Assembly (NCBI GenBank): GCA_025927685.1 | Contig: JAICKX010000001.1 | Location: forward strand, 13,974 to 77,973 | Length of the DNA: 64,000 nucleotides | Direction: 5' to 3' | Source of the DNA: Thermoleophilia bacterium | GTDB lineage: Bacteria; Actinomycetota; Thermoleophilia; Gaiellales; JAICJC01 | In this document: one piece after another, positions 26,454 to 35,460 of the stretch | How the letters are laid out: each line of letters opens with the position of its first letter | Numbering within the stretch: position 1 is the stretch's first letter | Translations under genes and position numbers: made by a program | The notes under the pieces: generated by a model | The model's database searches: none | Seen by the model: only the letters and a program-made list of their open reading frames with translations | Told to the model about the DNA's origin: nothing

Positions 26454-26528
26454 CGCCTCCCCGGATTGCGGTATTCGCGGCCCGATCGTCATCCCGGGCT
26501 CATCACGTGCGTTCGGATCCAAATCGCA

Positions 26529-27347
26529 TCATCCGGCCACGTCGCGGCGCAGGAAGTGCACCCATGCGACGGCGAGTGCAGGGACGGCGTAGACGACCGA
26601 GATGTACGCCGCGTGCAGAACGGGGGCCCAATCGAGCGGCGTGCGGAAGAGCGCCTGCCAGGCCTGGAGCTGCGTGGTCAGCATCCAGCGCTGGGCGGCG
26701 CCGGAGTCGAGCACCGGCAGGATCTGCGTGAGCTGCATGAGGAGCGCCGCGAGCAGGGTGCCGACGACCGCCGCCGCGCTGTTGCGGCTGATCGTGGAGA
26801 AGAGCACCGCGATCGCCGCGATCCCGAGCGCCGGGAGCGCGTAGACGGCGAAGCTGCCGGCGATCAGGAGCAGCGCCCGCGACGGCGAGACCACGGTCGA
26901 GAACGTCGGCAACGGATGGATGCCGCTCGAGAGCCCACCCGCCACGAGGCTCGTCACCACCATCGTCAGCAGCGCGGCCAGGACGTAGGTGAACGCCGCT
27001 GCGACCTTCGCGACGAAGATCGCGCCGCGGCCGGCCGAGCGCGTCAGGATCGTCTTCAGCGTGCGGTTGCCGTCCTCGGCGGCGACGATGTCGCCGGCCA
27101 CGAGCGCGGCGACGAGCGGGAAGAGCCAGACGCTCGCGAAGAGCAGCATGAGGAGCGGCACCGCAAGCCCGGAGTCGACGGCGTAGCGCAGGAAGAACGG
27201 GGAGCCGGGGTCGGTCGGGTGCGGCGGCCGCACCCTGATCGCGACGACCAGCACGATGGGCGCGACGGCCGCCGCCGCGAGCCCCAGGTAGGTGCGCCGC
27301 TGGGCGGCGAGCTTGCGCACCTCCCACGCGTAGGCGCGCCCGGTCAT
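26529..27347 (-). CDS. ABC-2 type transporter permease
   Basis: 272 aa with six hydrophobic segments. ATGA overlap with the upstream ATPase gene. Confidence 0.8.
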   Translation of the reverse strand: MTGRAYAWEVRKLAAQRRTYLGLAAAAVAPIVLVVAIRVRPPHPTDPGSPFFLRYAVDSGLAVPLLMLLFASVWLFPLVAALVAGDIVAAEDGNRTLKTILTRSAGRGAIFVAKVAAAFTYVLAALLTMVVTSLVAGGLSSGIHPLPTFSTVVSPSRALLLIAGSFAVYALPALGIAAIAVLFSTISRNSAAAVVGTLLAALLMQLTQILPVLDSGAAQRWMLTTQLQAWQALFRTPLDWAPVLHAAYISVVYAVPALAVAWVHFLRRDVAG

Positions 27348-28255
27348 CCCTCGCCCTCCGTGATCTCGAAGAACCGCTCCTCGAGGCTGCGGCCGCCCGG
27401 CACGAGCGCGCGCACGCCGATCCCGTCCTGCGCCAGCCGCACCGACACCGTCGCCGCCGCCGCGGCGCCGGCCGCGAACCGGACCGAGCCGTCCTCCTCC
27501 GAGACGTCGCGGATGCCCGGGGTCGCGCGGCAGATCTCGGCGGCCCGGGCCGGATCGGTGGCGTCGAGCCGGTAGCGGCCGTCGGCCCGCGCCACGAGGT
27601 CGGCGAGCTCCCCTTCGTAGCGGATCCGGCCCAGCTGGATGATGGCGAGCCGGTTGCAGAGCTGCTCGACCTCGCTCATGAGGTGGGTGGAGAGCAGGAT
27701 GGTGATGCCCTCGCCGGCGAGCCGCCGCACGAGGTCGCGCATGTCGCGCATGCCGGCCGGGTCGAGACCGGTGGTCGGCTCGTCGAGGAGGAGCAGCCTG
27801 GGCCGGCGCATGAGCGCTGCCGCCAGGCCGAGCCGCTGGCGCATGCCGTGGGAGTACCCGCGCACGCGGTCGCCGGCGCGGCCGTCGAGCTCCACCAGGC
27901 GCAGCACCTCGTCGATGCGCTCGCCGTCGCTCCCGTCGAGCGCCGCCAGGAGCTCGAGGTTCCGGCGGCCGGTCAGGTACGGGTAGAACGCCGGCTCCTC
28001 CACGAACCCGGCGACGTCGGCGAGCGCCGCGACGGGATCCGCGATCGGGTCCTCGCCGAACAGGCGCACCTCGCCCTCGGTGGGCGTGATCAGGCCCAGC
28101 ATCATCCTGAGCGACGTGGTCTTGCCGGCGCCGTTGGGCCCCAGGTAGCCGTAGACGTCGCCGGCGGCGACGGTGAGCGTCACGTCGTCGACGGCGACCA
28201 GCTCGCCGTAGGTCTTGCGCAGCCCGCGCAGCTCGACCGGAGCGGCGGCGGTCAC
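27344..28255 (-). CDS. ABC transporter ATP-binding protein
   Basis: GTG 28255. Walker A GPNGAGKTT, signature YSHGMRQRL, Walker B LLLLDEPTTGLD. Confidence 0.9.
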   Translation of the reverse strand: MTAAAPVELRGLRKTYGELVAVDDVTLTVAAGDVYGYLGPNGAGKTTSLRMMLGLITPTEGEVRLFGEDPIADPVAALADVAGFVEEPAFYPYLTGRRNLELLAALDGSDGERIDEVLRLVELDGRAGDRVRGYSHGMRQRLGLAAALMRRPRLLLLDEPTTGLDPAGMRDMRDLVRRLAGEGITILLSTHLMSEVEQLCNRLAIIQLGRIRYEGELADLVARADGRYRLDATDPARAAEICRATPGIRDVSEEDGSVRFAAGAAAAATVSVRLAQDGIGVRALVPGGRSLEERFFEITEGEG

Positions 28256-29385
28256 AGGCCGCGCGCCACGGCTTCGACGACCGGCTTCGGCATGCTCCCC
28301 AGCACGGTGTAGGTGACGCCGCCGCGCACGAACCGGATGAGCGTGCCGAGCGCCGTGACCAGCTCGCGCCCGGAGGCGCCCGACACCGACACGGACGGCA
28401 AGACGCTCCACAGGCCGCCGTTCGGGTCGCTGGCGCCGGGCTGCTCGAGGACGACGACCGAGCTCAGATTCGTGCCGTAGACGAGCACGCGCCCGGTGAC
28501 GTCGGTCGAGCGGGAGGCCTCGCGGCACGTGCGCAGCTCGAGGCCGGCGAGCGACTCGGGCGCGCTGCAGGGGACGGCGCCGCCGACCGACGGCGGCGCC
28601 GCGAACCGCAGCGCCAGCGGCCGCATGCCGAACGGCAGCTTGAGCCGGAAGACGGACGGCTCGATGTCGCCATAGGAGATGTCGCTCAGCGCGAACTCGA
28701 GCAGCGGGTCGTCCTGGCCGACGCCGAAGAGATCGAGCCGGAGCGGCGTCCCGGTCTCGGCGTCGACGGCCAGGCTGGCCGACCGCACCAGGCCGCCGTC
28801 ATGGGTCGGCGCGATCCGCAGGGCGTAGGCGGGGCGGCCGCCCGTCACCGTCGGGCGCGGGCGCGAGATGGCCGCGTCCTCGGACAGCGAGTCGATGAGC
28901 GTCGAGGCACCTTCGAGCGACGAGCGGGCGAGCTGCGGCACGCCCACCGTGGGGAGGATGGCGCTGTAGGCCGTGCCGTCGGCCGCGTCGTAGACGAGCG
29001 CCCGGTTGCCGTCGAGGAGGAGCTGCGTGTCGCCCTGGTCGGTCTGGAACTCCATCCGCAGGCGGCCGTTCGCGTACCAGAGCCGGCCGCTGGCGCCGCT
29101 CACCAGCGGGAGCGGGCTCCCGCCGGCGGTGGCGTCAGGGGAGAGGTTCGTCGTCGGGACGAGCGAGTCCACGTATCGGAAATGGGCCGTCACGCCGGTC
29201 GGGCCGGGGCCCGACAGCTCGCGCAGGGTGAGCTCCTGGAGCGTCGTGGGCGGTGGCGGCTTCGGCGGCGAGCGGTCGAGGCTCCAGAGCCAGTTTGCGC
29301 CCACGAACGCGCCCGCCACCGTGATGCCCACGGCGGTCAGCGTTGCGGCGGACGCCCGCCGGAGCCAGGCGGTGAGTGCGTTCAT
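28252..29385 (-). CDS. Membrane-anchored protein with a LolA/RseB-like fold (DUF4367-like); function unknown
   Basis: N-terminal TM anchor, then GRLWYANGRLRMEFQTDQGDTQLLLDGNRALVYD, typical of lipoprotein-carrier-fold domains. First gene of the ABC operon. Confidence 0.6.
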   Translation of the reverse strand: MNALTAWLRRASAATLTAVGITVAGAFVGANWLWSLDRSPPKPPPPTTLQELTLRELSGPGPTGVTAHFRYVDSLVPTTNLSPDATAGGSPLPLVSGASGRLWYANGRLRMEFQTDQGDTQLLLDGNRALVYDAADGTAYSAILPTVGVPQLARSSLEGASTLIDSLSEDAAISRPRPTVTGGRPAYALRIAPTHDGGLVRSASLAVDAETGTPLRLDLFGVGQDDPLLEFALSDISYGDIEPSVFRLKLPFGMRPLALRFAAPPSVGGAVPCSAPESLAGLELRTCREASRSTDVTGRVLVYGTNLSSVVVLEQPGASDPNGGLWSVLPSVSVSGASGRELVTALGTLIRFVRGGVTYTVLGSMPKPVVEAVARGL

Positions 29386-29497
29386 TGCGCTCGTTGCAGG
29401 ATATCGACGGGAAAACGTCGGGCCTCTGTGAAAGGCTTACCGAACCTTCACCGTTCGGCAGGGCCCCTCCTTACACGAATTGGCGATAGATCCCAGC

Positions 29498-30436
29498 ATG
29501 AGGCGCTGGCTCCTCCTTCCATTGCTCGTCGCGGTCGTCCTGGCGGCGGCGGCGCCGGCGTCGGGGCACGTGCGCACGAGCCGCAACCTCGTCCCGCGCC
29601 ACGGCGCGCTCTTCGGGGCCTTCGTGAACCGCTCGGGCGACGCATGGGCGAACGTGGCCGAGTTCCAGCGCACGCTGGGCTATCGGCTGACCATCGTGCA
29701 CCACTACCGGCCGTGGTCGATCACGTCCTACCGGATCGACAAGTCCGCGCTCGCCCACCGCCAGATCCCGATGATCTCGTGGTCGCCGGGCGGCACGACG
29801 ACGGCGTCCGCGATCGTGAGCGGGAGCCAGGACCGCCTGATCACGCGCACCGCCCGCGACATGAAGGCGCTGCACAAGAAGCTGTTCGTGCGCCTGGCCT
29901 ACGAGATGGACCAGCCGCCCGGGCATCCGCGCTATATCGGCAAGCCGAAGCAGTTCGTGCGGGCGTGGCGGCACGTGGTGCGCATCTTCCACCGCGTCGG
30001 CGCGAAGAACGCCCGGTTCGTGTGGTGCGGGATCGCCGCCAACTTCAAGACCGGCCACGCCCAGGCCTACTTCCCGGGCAACCGCTACGTGAACTGGATC
30101 GCCGCCGACGGCTACAACTGGTATCCGGCCAAGCACAAGTGGGCCGGCTACCGCTCGATCTTCTCGTCCTTCTACCACTGGGCGAAGCGGCACGGGAAGC
30201 CGCTGATGATCGCCGAGACCGGGAGCATGGAGGATCCGCACGCGGCCGGCCGCAAGGCGCACTGGCTGAAGCGGGCCCGCAGGTGGGTGCACGCCCACGG
30301 CCACATCAAGGCGGTCGTCTACTTCGACTCGATCTCGCCGAAGGGCTACGACTTCCGCGTGCAAACGTCGGGGTCGGCGTTCAAGGCGTTCCGCCGCTGG
30401 GGCCGGGGGACGTACTGGAACCGCATGCACCGGTGA
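29498..30436 (+). CDS. Secreted glycoside hydrolase family 26 (beta-mannanase-like)
   Basis: Signal peptide MRRWLLLPLLVAVVLAAAAPASG. Candidate catalytic Glu contexts are RLAYEMDQ and LMIAETGS. YFPGNRYVNWIAADGYNWY is also present. Confidence 0.75.
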   Translation: MRRWLLLPLLVAVVLAAAAPASGHVRTSRNLVPRHGALFGAFVNRSGDAWANVAEFQRTLGYRLTIVHHYRPWSITSYRIDKSALAHRQIPMISWSPGGTTTASAIVSGSQDRLITRTARDMKALHKKLFVRLAYEMDQPPGHPRYIGKPKQFVRAWRHVVRIFHRVGAKNARFVWCGIAANFKTGHAQAYFPGNRYVNWIAADGYNWYPAKHKWAGYRSIFSSFYHWAKRHGKPLMIAETGSMEDPHAAGRKAHWLKRARRWVHAHGHIKAVVYFDSISPKGYDFRVQTSGSAFKAFRRWGRGTYWNRMHR

Positions 30437-30446
30437 GGGCAGGGGC

Positions 30447-30452
30447 TATCGT
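30447..30452 (+). promoter_or_regulatory. -10-like box TATCGT, 6 nt upstream of ATG 30459 (leaderless-type)
   Basis: TATCGT-ggcggc-ATG. Confidence 0.4.
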
Positions 30453-30458
30453 GGCGGC

Positions 30459-31181
30459 ATGGCCGTCTCGATCGCCGTCCTGGGCGACCGCAACGTCGAC
30501 CACCTGACCCACCGCGAGCTCGACGCGACGCTCGAGCTCATGCCTGCGGACGTCGCCGCCCGCTGGCTGCCGAGCCCGGATGCGGCCGCGGCGGCCGGCG
30601 CCGACGGGCTGTGGGTCGTCCCGGGGACGCCCTACCGCGACGGCGACGCCGTGCTCGAGGCGATCCGCCGGGCCCGCAACGCCGGCATGCCGATGCTCGG
30701 CACGTGCGGCGGCTTCCAGTACATGCTGGTGGAGTTCGCCCGTAACGTCGCGGGGATGGGCGAGGCGGCCCATGCGGAGACCGATCCGGGCGCGGCCGAG
30801 CCGGTCGTGGCCCGGCTCTCGTGCAGCCTCGTGGGCGAGGAGCGGCAGGTCACGGCCGTGCCGGGCACGCGGCTGGCGGATCTCTGCGGCACCGCGCCCT
30901 TGACCGGCTTTCACTGGTGCAACTACGGCCTGGCGCCGGCCCGCGAGGCGGCGCTCGTCGCGGCCGGGCTCGTGGTCGCCGCCCGCGCGCCCGACGCCGG
31001 TGTCGAGGCGGTGGAGCTGCCCGGGCATCCCTTCCACCTGGCGACGCTGTTCCAGCCCCAGGTCGGAAGCTCCGCACGCGGGCGGCTGCATCCCCTGGTC
31101 GAGGCGCTGATCTCAGCTGCGCGCGGCGCGCACGCGCCGGCGCGCCTCCCGGAAGCGGACCGCCTCGTAGGCCACGAGTAG
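30459..31181 (+). CDS. Stand-alone CTP-synthase-type class I glutamine amidotransferase domain with a degenerate catalytic triad
   Basis: Nucleophile context MLGTCGGFQ is present. The canonical QFHPEF is replaced by LFQPQV (His to Gln, Glu to Gln). The tail HPLVEALISAA aligns with the PyrG C-terminus. The 3' end overlaps convergent ltrA by 69 nt. Confidence 0.7.
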   Translation: MAVSIAVLGDRNVDHLTHRELDATLELMPADVAARWLPSPDAAAAAGADGLWVVPGTPYRDGDAVLEAIRRARNAGMPMLGTCGGFQYMLVEFARNVAGMGEAAHAETDPGAAEPVVARLSCSLVGEERQVTAVPGTRLADLCGTAPLTGFHWCNYGLAPAREAALVAAGLVVAARAPDAGVEAVELPGHPFHLATLFQPQVGSSARGRLHPLVEALISAARGAHAPARLPEADRLVGHE

Positions 31182-32279
31182 CGTCGTCGTCGCGGCCACC
31201 AGCGCGAGCAGGACGAGCGCGCTCACGGTGGAGGCGAGCGCGACCATGCAGGCCACGACGACGGCCGCGACCAGCCGCTGCCGGTTCAGCGTGCCGACGT
31301 TGCGAAGCCGGAACAGGATGTGGGCGATCAGGTAGAGGGCGACGCCGCCGCAGAGGGCGGCGGCGGGCGTCCAGTGAAGCGGCTCGTGGGCGTGGGGAAG
31401 CGCCTTCTTCACCCCGAGGGCGAACAGGATCACGCCGGCCACCATCGGGTAGTGCAGGTAGCTGTAGGAGTCGCGGGCCTGGGCGGCCTGGGCCGCGCCC
31501 CTGGCCTGGGCGAGGCGGCGGGCGGCGACGATCGCGACGACGTCGAAGTACATCCACCACATCGCCGTGACGACGGCGATCCCGAGCGTCGCGGCGGTGA
31601 TCGTGCGCGCATCCAGGTCGAGCTGCCCTCCGCCGACGCCGAGCGCGACCACCGACTCGCCCAGCGCGACGATGAAGATGAGCCCGTGGCGCTCGCTGAA
31701 GTGGCCGGGGGAGAGCTGCCACCCTTCGGAGCTCTGGAACAGCGGCCCCGCGAAGTCGAGCAGCAGCGCGGCGGCCCAGATTGCCTCGCGAACGCTCGAG
31801 TCGACGAACGCGGCGGCGAGGATCATGAGCGGGCCGGCCACCGACGTGGGGGTCAGCTTCACCACGGAGTCGAGCAGTTCCCGGCTTCCACGTGCCGCGA
31901 CCGCGTAGAGCACGAGGTGCAGGATGCGGACGATCAGATACGCGCACGCGAACAGGACGGCCGTGTCGCTGAAGGCGTACGGCGCGGCGAGCGCGGCGAC
32001 GAACATCGCGCCCATGACCCCGATCATGACGAGCCGGGTCGAGCCCTCCTCGAGGTTGATCGTGGTCGCGAGCCAGGCGTACGCACCCCAGGCCCACCAC
32101 ACCGCCGCGAGCACGAGCATCCCGCGCAACACGCCGCGGCCGCTCGGGTGCGCCGCCATGAGCGCCGTCACCTGCGTGAAGCCGAAGACGAAGACGAGGT
32201 CGAAGAAGAGCTCGAACGGGGTCACGGCCCGCTCGACCGGCTCGTCGACCGCGCCCTCGGGGATCTCGGTCTCGCTCAT
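31113..32279 (-). CDS. ltrA: Low-temperature-requirement protein A (LtrA) family membrane protein
   Basis: VTPFELFFDLVFVFGFTQV is the N-terminal hallmark. About 10 TM segments. Confidence 0.85.
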   Translation of the reverse strand: MSETEIPEGAVDEPVERAVTPFELFFDLVFVFGFTQVTALMAAHPSGRGVLRGMLVLAAVWWAWGAYAWLATTINLEEGSTRLVMIGVMGAMFVAALAAPYAFSDTAVLFACAYLIVRILHLVLYAVAARGSRELLDSVVKLTPTSVAGPLMILAAAFVDSSVREAIWAAALLLDFAGPLFQSSEGWQLSPGHFSERHGLIFIVALGESVVALGVGGGQLDLDARTITAATLGIAVVTAMWWMYFDVVAIVAARRLAQARGAAQAAQARDSYSYLHYPMVAGVILFALGVKKALPHAHEPLHWTPAAALCGGVALYLIAHILFRLRNVGTLNRQRLVAAVVVACMVALASTVSALVLLALVAATTTLLVAYEAVRFREARRRVRAARS

Positions 32280-32304
32280 CGCCGGGCGAGCGTACCGGCC
32301 GCGG

Positions 32305-32868
32305 TCAGGTCGTGGCGACCGCGGAACGGGCCATCGCCCTGAAGGCGCGCTCGTTCGCGGCGATGCCGGGGGCGCGCAGGCACGCGGCCGCGAAGAAGGC
32401 CCGGTGGTGGCGGGCCGTCACCTGGGCGGTGATGATCTCGCTGCCGCCGATGTCGCGGCAGCCGCCCGGGACGACTCTGAACTGCACGGACCCGGGCGCA
32501 CGGTGCATCAGCACTCCGAACCCTCCCAGGGTTAGCCATGCCACGACGACGCCGCCGGGCCGCATGTGGCTGATCGGGAGCCCGCACGTCGTCCGGTTTC
32601 CGACGTGGGTGCACGGGTCGACCATCGGCTGCGTGCTCAGGTCGACGATCGGGCTGGTCATCGTGGTGAAGACGCCGCCCCGCCGGTAGCGGCCCCAGGC
32701 TGCCGGATAGTCGAACGCGATGCCATGGCCCCGGTAGCGGGCGAGCTGCCTCGCCCCCACGTCGCTCTTGGTGCTGACCGAGGAGCCGGCGGAGGCGGCG
32801 CCGCTCGACCCCGTCGAGCACCCGGCGGCGAGGGCGCCGGCGATCAAGGCGAGGAGCACGGCTCGCAT
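32305..32868 (-). CDS. Hypothetical lipoprotein
   Basis: MRAVLLALIAGALAAGCSTG lipobox. 187 aa. Confidence 0.75.
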   Translation of the reverse strand: MRAVLLALIAGALAAGCSTGSSGAASAGSSVSTKSDVGARQLARYRGHGIAFDYPAAWGRYRRGGVFTTMTSPIVDLSTQPMVDPCTHVGNRTTCGLPISHMRPGGVVVAWLTLGGFGVLMHRAPGSVQFRVVPGGCRDIGGSEIITAQVTARHHRAFFAAACLRAPGIAANERAFRAMARSAVATT

Positions 32869-32942
32869 ACGAGCTTGGACGGCGATGATGCCCGCGCGGT
32901 TCCACGCCGTACACTGGGCGTGTGAGGCACGACCGAACCGCC

Positions 32943-33062
32943 ATGCCTGACTGGAAGGCGGGCGTCATCGTGGATGTCCTCGTGCCGGTCCTGATCGGCG
33001 CGGCCATCCTGGCCTTCGTCATCCTGATCTTCGCCTCGAGCTCGACCCGGGCATACAACTAG
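32943..33062 (+). CDS. Possible small single-TM protein (39 aa), not in the ORF track
   Basis: ATG 32943: MPDWKAGVIVDVLVPVLIGAAILAFVILIFASSSTRAYN, stop TAG 33060-33062. An in-frame GTG lies at 32922. Confidence 0.3.
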   Translation: MPDWKAGVIVDVLVPVLIGAAILAFVILIFASSSTRAYN

Positions 33063-33122
33063 GCATATCGCCGGGCGGTCGCCGAACCGTCCCGGGGTCT
33101 TCTCCGCTCGTACACTCGGAGG

Positions 33123-33494
33123 GTGGACTGGCTGTGGCTGGCTGCCGCGAGCGCAGCCCTCGTCGGAGCGCTCGGCTTCGCGGCCGGATGGCTCATCGGA
33201 GCCGGTATCGCTCGCTGGGCGCGGGCCACGGGGCCGGCGGTGCGGATTACCGGTGTGGCTGCGGTCCTCGTACTCGCCGGTCTTGGCATCCAACAGGCGA
33301 CCTCAGTGCGAACCGTCCCCGGGAGCACCGCGGACGCGCGTGCCCACGACTCTTCGCTTGCGGCCATGTGGCAGGGCGTCATCCTGTGGACGTGCGGCGT
33401 GAACGCCGTCGGCGCGGTCGTCGGCGTGCGGCGAGGAGCGAGGCGGCCCGGGCTGCCCGCGGCCGAGGACGTGCATGCGGATGAGAGGACTTGA
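33123..33494 (+). CDS. Hypothetical membrane protein
   Basis: SD GGAGG precedes GTG 33123. Three hydrophobic segments. The 3' end overlaps tRNA-Leu (opposite strand) by about 19 nt. Confidence 0.5.
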   Translation: MDWLWLAAASAALVGALGFAAGWLIGAGIARWARATGPAVRITGVAAVLVLAGLGIQQATSVRTVPGSTADARAHDSSLAAMWQGVILWTCGVNAVGAVVGVRRGARRPGLPAAEDVHADERT

Positions 33495-33559
33495 ACCTCC
33501 ACGACCTTGCGGTCACACGGACCTGAACCGTGCGCGTCTACCAATTCCGCCACATCCGC
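33476..33559 (-). tRNA. tRNA-Leu (anticodon CAG), long variable arm
   Basis: Hand-folded: acceptor GCGGATG/CATCCGC, anticodon stem CACGG/CCGTG, loop TTCAGGT, variable-arm stem GACC/GGTC, T-loop GGAGGTTCAAGTCCTCT. CCA is not encoded. Confidence 0.9.
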
Positions 33560-33572
33560 GCGGACGACCAGT

Positions 33573-34763
33573 CTAGCCCGGTGCGCAGGGGCCGGCGAGC
33601 AGCGCGGAGGCCTCCTCGACGCCGTAGCCGGCCTCGGCCAGGATCTCGGCCGCGTGCTCCCCGAGCCGGGGCGGAGGCATCCGCGCCGCGGGCCGCTCGC
33701 CGTCGATCCGCACCGGCGTCGCGACGAGCCGCAGGCGTCCGGCGGTGGGGTGGTCGACCTCCTCGACGGCGTGCGCAGCTGGGCCGGAGAACACCTCCGG
33801 CAGCGCCAGCACCGGCCCGCCCGGCACCGCCGCCCGCTCGAGCACGTCGACCCACTCGGCGACGGGGCGGCGGCCGATCGTCTCGCCGAGCTCCGCCACC
33901 AGCCGCTGCCGGTTCAGCACCCGGAGCCGGTTCGTGGCGAAGTCGGGATCCTCGGCGAGGTCGTCGCGGCCCGCCTCCCGGCAGAAGCGGACGAACTGGG
34001 CGTCGTTTCCGACCGCGAGGTTGATGTGGCCGTCGGCGGCGTGGAACGTCTCGTACGGGACGATCGACGGATGCGCGTTTCCCAGCCGCACCGGCTCGAC
34101 GCCGCCGATCAGCCAGTCGCCGGCCCGGTTGGCGAGCCACGCAACCTGTGCGTCGAGGAGCGACACGTCGACGGTGCCGCCCTCACCGGTGCGACCGCGG
34201 CGGACGAGCGCCGCCGTGATGCCGGCCGCCGCGAACTGGCCGGCGACGATGTCCGAGATCGCGACCGCCACCTTCATCGGCTCCCCGCCGGGCTCGCCCT
34301 GCATCGACATGATCCCGCCTATCCCCTGCATGACGAAGTCGTAGCCGGGCCGGTCGGCATCGGGGTGGCCGGCCGGGAAGCCGCGGATCGAGCAGTGGAC
34401 GACGCCGGGGTTCCCGGCCTTCACGGCGTCGTGGTCGAGCCCGAACCGCTCCATCGCCCCGGGGAGGAAGTTCTCGATGACGACGTCCGCGCGCACGGCC
34501 AGCCGCTGCGCCACCGCGGCACCGTCCGGGTCCTTGAGGTCGATCGCGATCGACCGCTTGTTGCGGTTCACCTGGAGGAAGTACGCCGACTCCTCGCCCG
34601 CGAACGGCGGCCCCCAGTGGCGGGTGCCGTCGCCGTCGGGCCGCTCGACCTTCACGATGTCCGCGCCGAGGTCGCCGAGCAGCATCGTGCAGAACGGGCC
34701 GGCCAGGATCTGGGTCAGGTCGAGGACGCGGATGCCGGCGAGGGGCAGGTCGGGCTGCGGCAT
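33573..34763 (-). CDS. Family III CoA-transferase (CaiB/BaiF)
   Basis: MPQPDLPLAGIRVLDLTQILAGPFCTMLLGDLGADIVKVERP is the family hallmark N-terminus. Start at ATG 34763. Confidence 0.88.
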   Translation of the reverse strand: MPQPDLPLAGIRVLDLTQILAGPFCTMLLGDLGADIVKVERPDGDGTRHWGPPFAGEESAYFLQVNRNKRSIAIDLKDPDGAAVAQRLAVRADVVIENFLPGAMERFGLDHDAVKAGNPGVVHCSIRGFPAGHPDADRPGYDFVMQGIGGIMSMQGEPGGEPMKVAVAISDIVAGQFAAAGITAALVRRGRTGEGGTVDVSLLDAQVAWLANRAGDWLIGGVEPVRLGNAHPSIVPYETFHAADGHINLAVGNDAQFVRFCREAGRDDLAEDPDFATNRLRVLNRQRLVAELGETIGRRPVAEWVDVLERAAVPGGPVLALPEVFSGPAAHAVEEVDHPTAGRLRLVATPVRIDGERPAARMPPPRLGEHAAEILAEAGYGVEEASALLAGPCAPG

Positions 34764-34956
34764 GCGGCCGATGATATGGCCGTTGCACATTCGACGCGGA
34801 CACGGCACGCGGGCGCTGTCCGAAGGCCTGGTTGCCCGGAGTATGCTCGGTCCAGATGGTCGAAAACGCGCCCGCCCTGCGCGCTCCAGGCGAGATCGAA
34901 CGGCTCGCCTATGACGTCGCCGCCGGCAACCAACAGTTGAACAGGCTTCCCGAGCC

Positions 34957-35439
34957 CTAGCGAGACGACGAGCGCTCGCCCAGCTTGGCGAGCTCCGCGA
35001 GCGCCCACTCGCGGTGCCTGTCGGCCTTCACGTTGTGCTTCACGGCCGCCAGGTTCCCGTCGGCATCGACCACGAACCCGGACCGGATGATGCCCATGTA
35101 CGTGCGCCCGTAGTTCTTCTTCTCGCCCCACGCGCCGTAGGCCTCGGCGACGGCGTGGTCGGCGTCGACGAGCAGCGGGAACGGCAGCTTGTGGTGCGAC
35201 CGGAACCCGGCGTGCGACTCGGCCGAGTCCGGGCTGATCCCCAGCACCGTCGCGCCCAGCTGCTCGAACTCACCCCAGCTGTCGCGGATGTCGCAGGCCT
35301 GCGTCGTGCAGCCCGAGGTCTCGTCCTTGGGATAGAAGTAGACGACGACCGGGCCTCCGCGCAGGTCGCTCAGGCGGACCGTCTCGCCGGTGTCGGACTC
35401 GAGCGAGAAGTCGGGTGCGGGCTGTCCGGCGGCGATCAT
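34957..35439 (-). CDS. bcp: Thioredoxin-dependent peroxiredoxin Bcp
   Basis: PAPDFSL..VVVYFYPKDETSGCTTQACD contains the peroxidatic Cys motif. 160 aa. Confidence 0.9.
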   Translation of the reverse strand: MIAAGQPAPDFSLESDTGETVRLSDLRGGPVVVYFYPKDETSGCTTQACDIRDSWGEFEQLGATVLGISPDSAESHAGFRSHHKLPFPLLVDADHAVAEAYGAWGEKKNYGRTYMGIIRSGFVVDADGNLAAVKHNVKADRHREWALAELAKLGERSSSR

Positions 35440-35448
35440 GGGCGCGGC

Positions 35449-35455
35449 TAGTGTA
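35449..35455. promoter_or_regulatory. Overlapping divergent -10-like boxes inside the palindrome GGCTAGTGTAGCC
   Basis: Plus strand: TAGTGT-agccac-GTG(35461). Minus strand: TACACT, then 10 nt, then ATG(35439). Confidence 0.4.
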
Positions 35456-35460
35456 GCCAC

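Noticed and set aside
29386-29497. Three small hairpins in the divergent spacer upstream of GH26 and the LolA-like operon: CGACG-ggaaaa-CGTCG, GCCT...AGGC and CCGAAC-cttcacc-GTTCGG.
   Set aside because: The stems are only 4-6 bp, which is common by chance in GC-rich DNA. There is no repeat relationship or known motif.
33476-33559. Integrative element at tRNA-Leu, and likewise at tRNA-Gly 61329-61401.
   Set aside because: No integrase, excisionase or phage/conjugation genes are present, and I could find no direct repeat of either tRNA 3' end in the window. Only the compositional oddity near tRNA-Gly is reported, as a finding.
34764-34956. A gene relic or small gene in the 193-nt spacer between the CoA-transferase and bcp; the minus frame reads ...KPVQLLVAGGDVIGEPFDLAWSAQGGRVFDHLDRAY....
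   Set aside because: No family motif was recognised. Codon usage is mixed, with many A/T-ending triplets. There is no start/RBS geometry. The evidence is insufficient to call anything.
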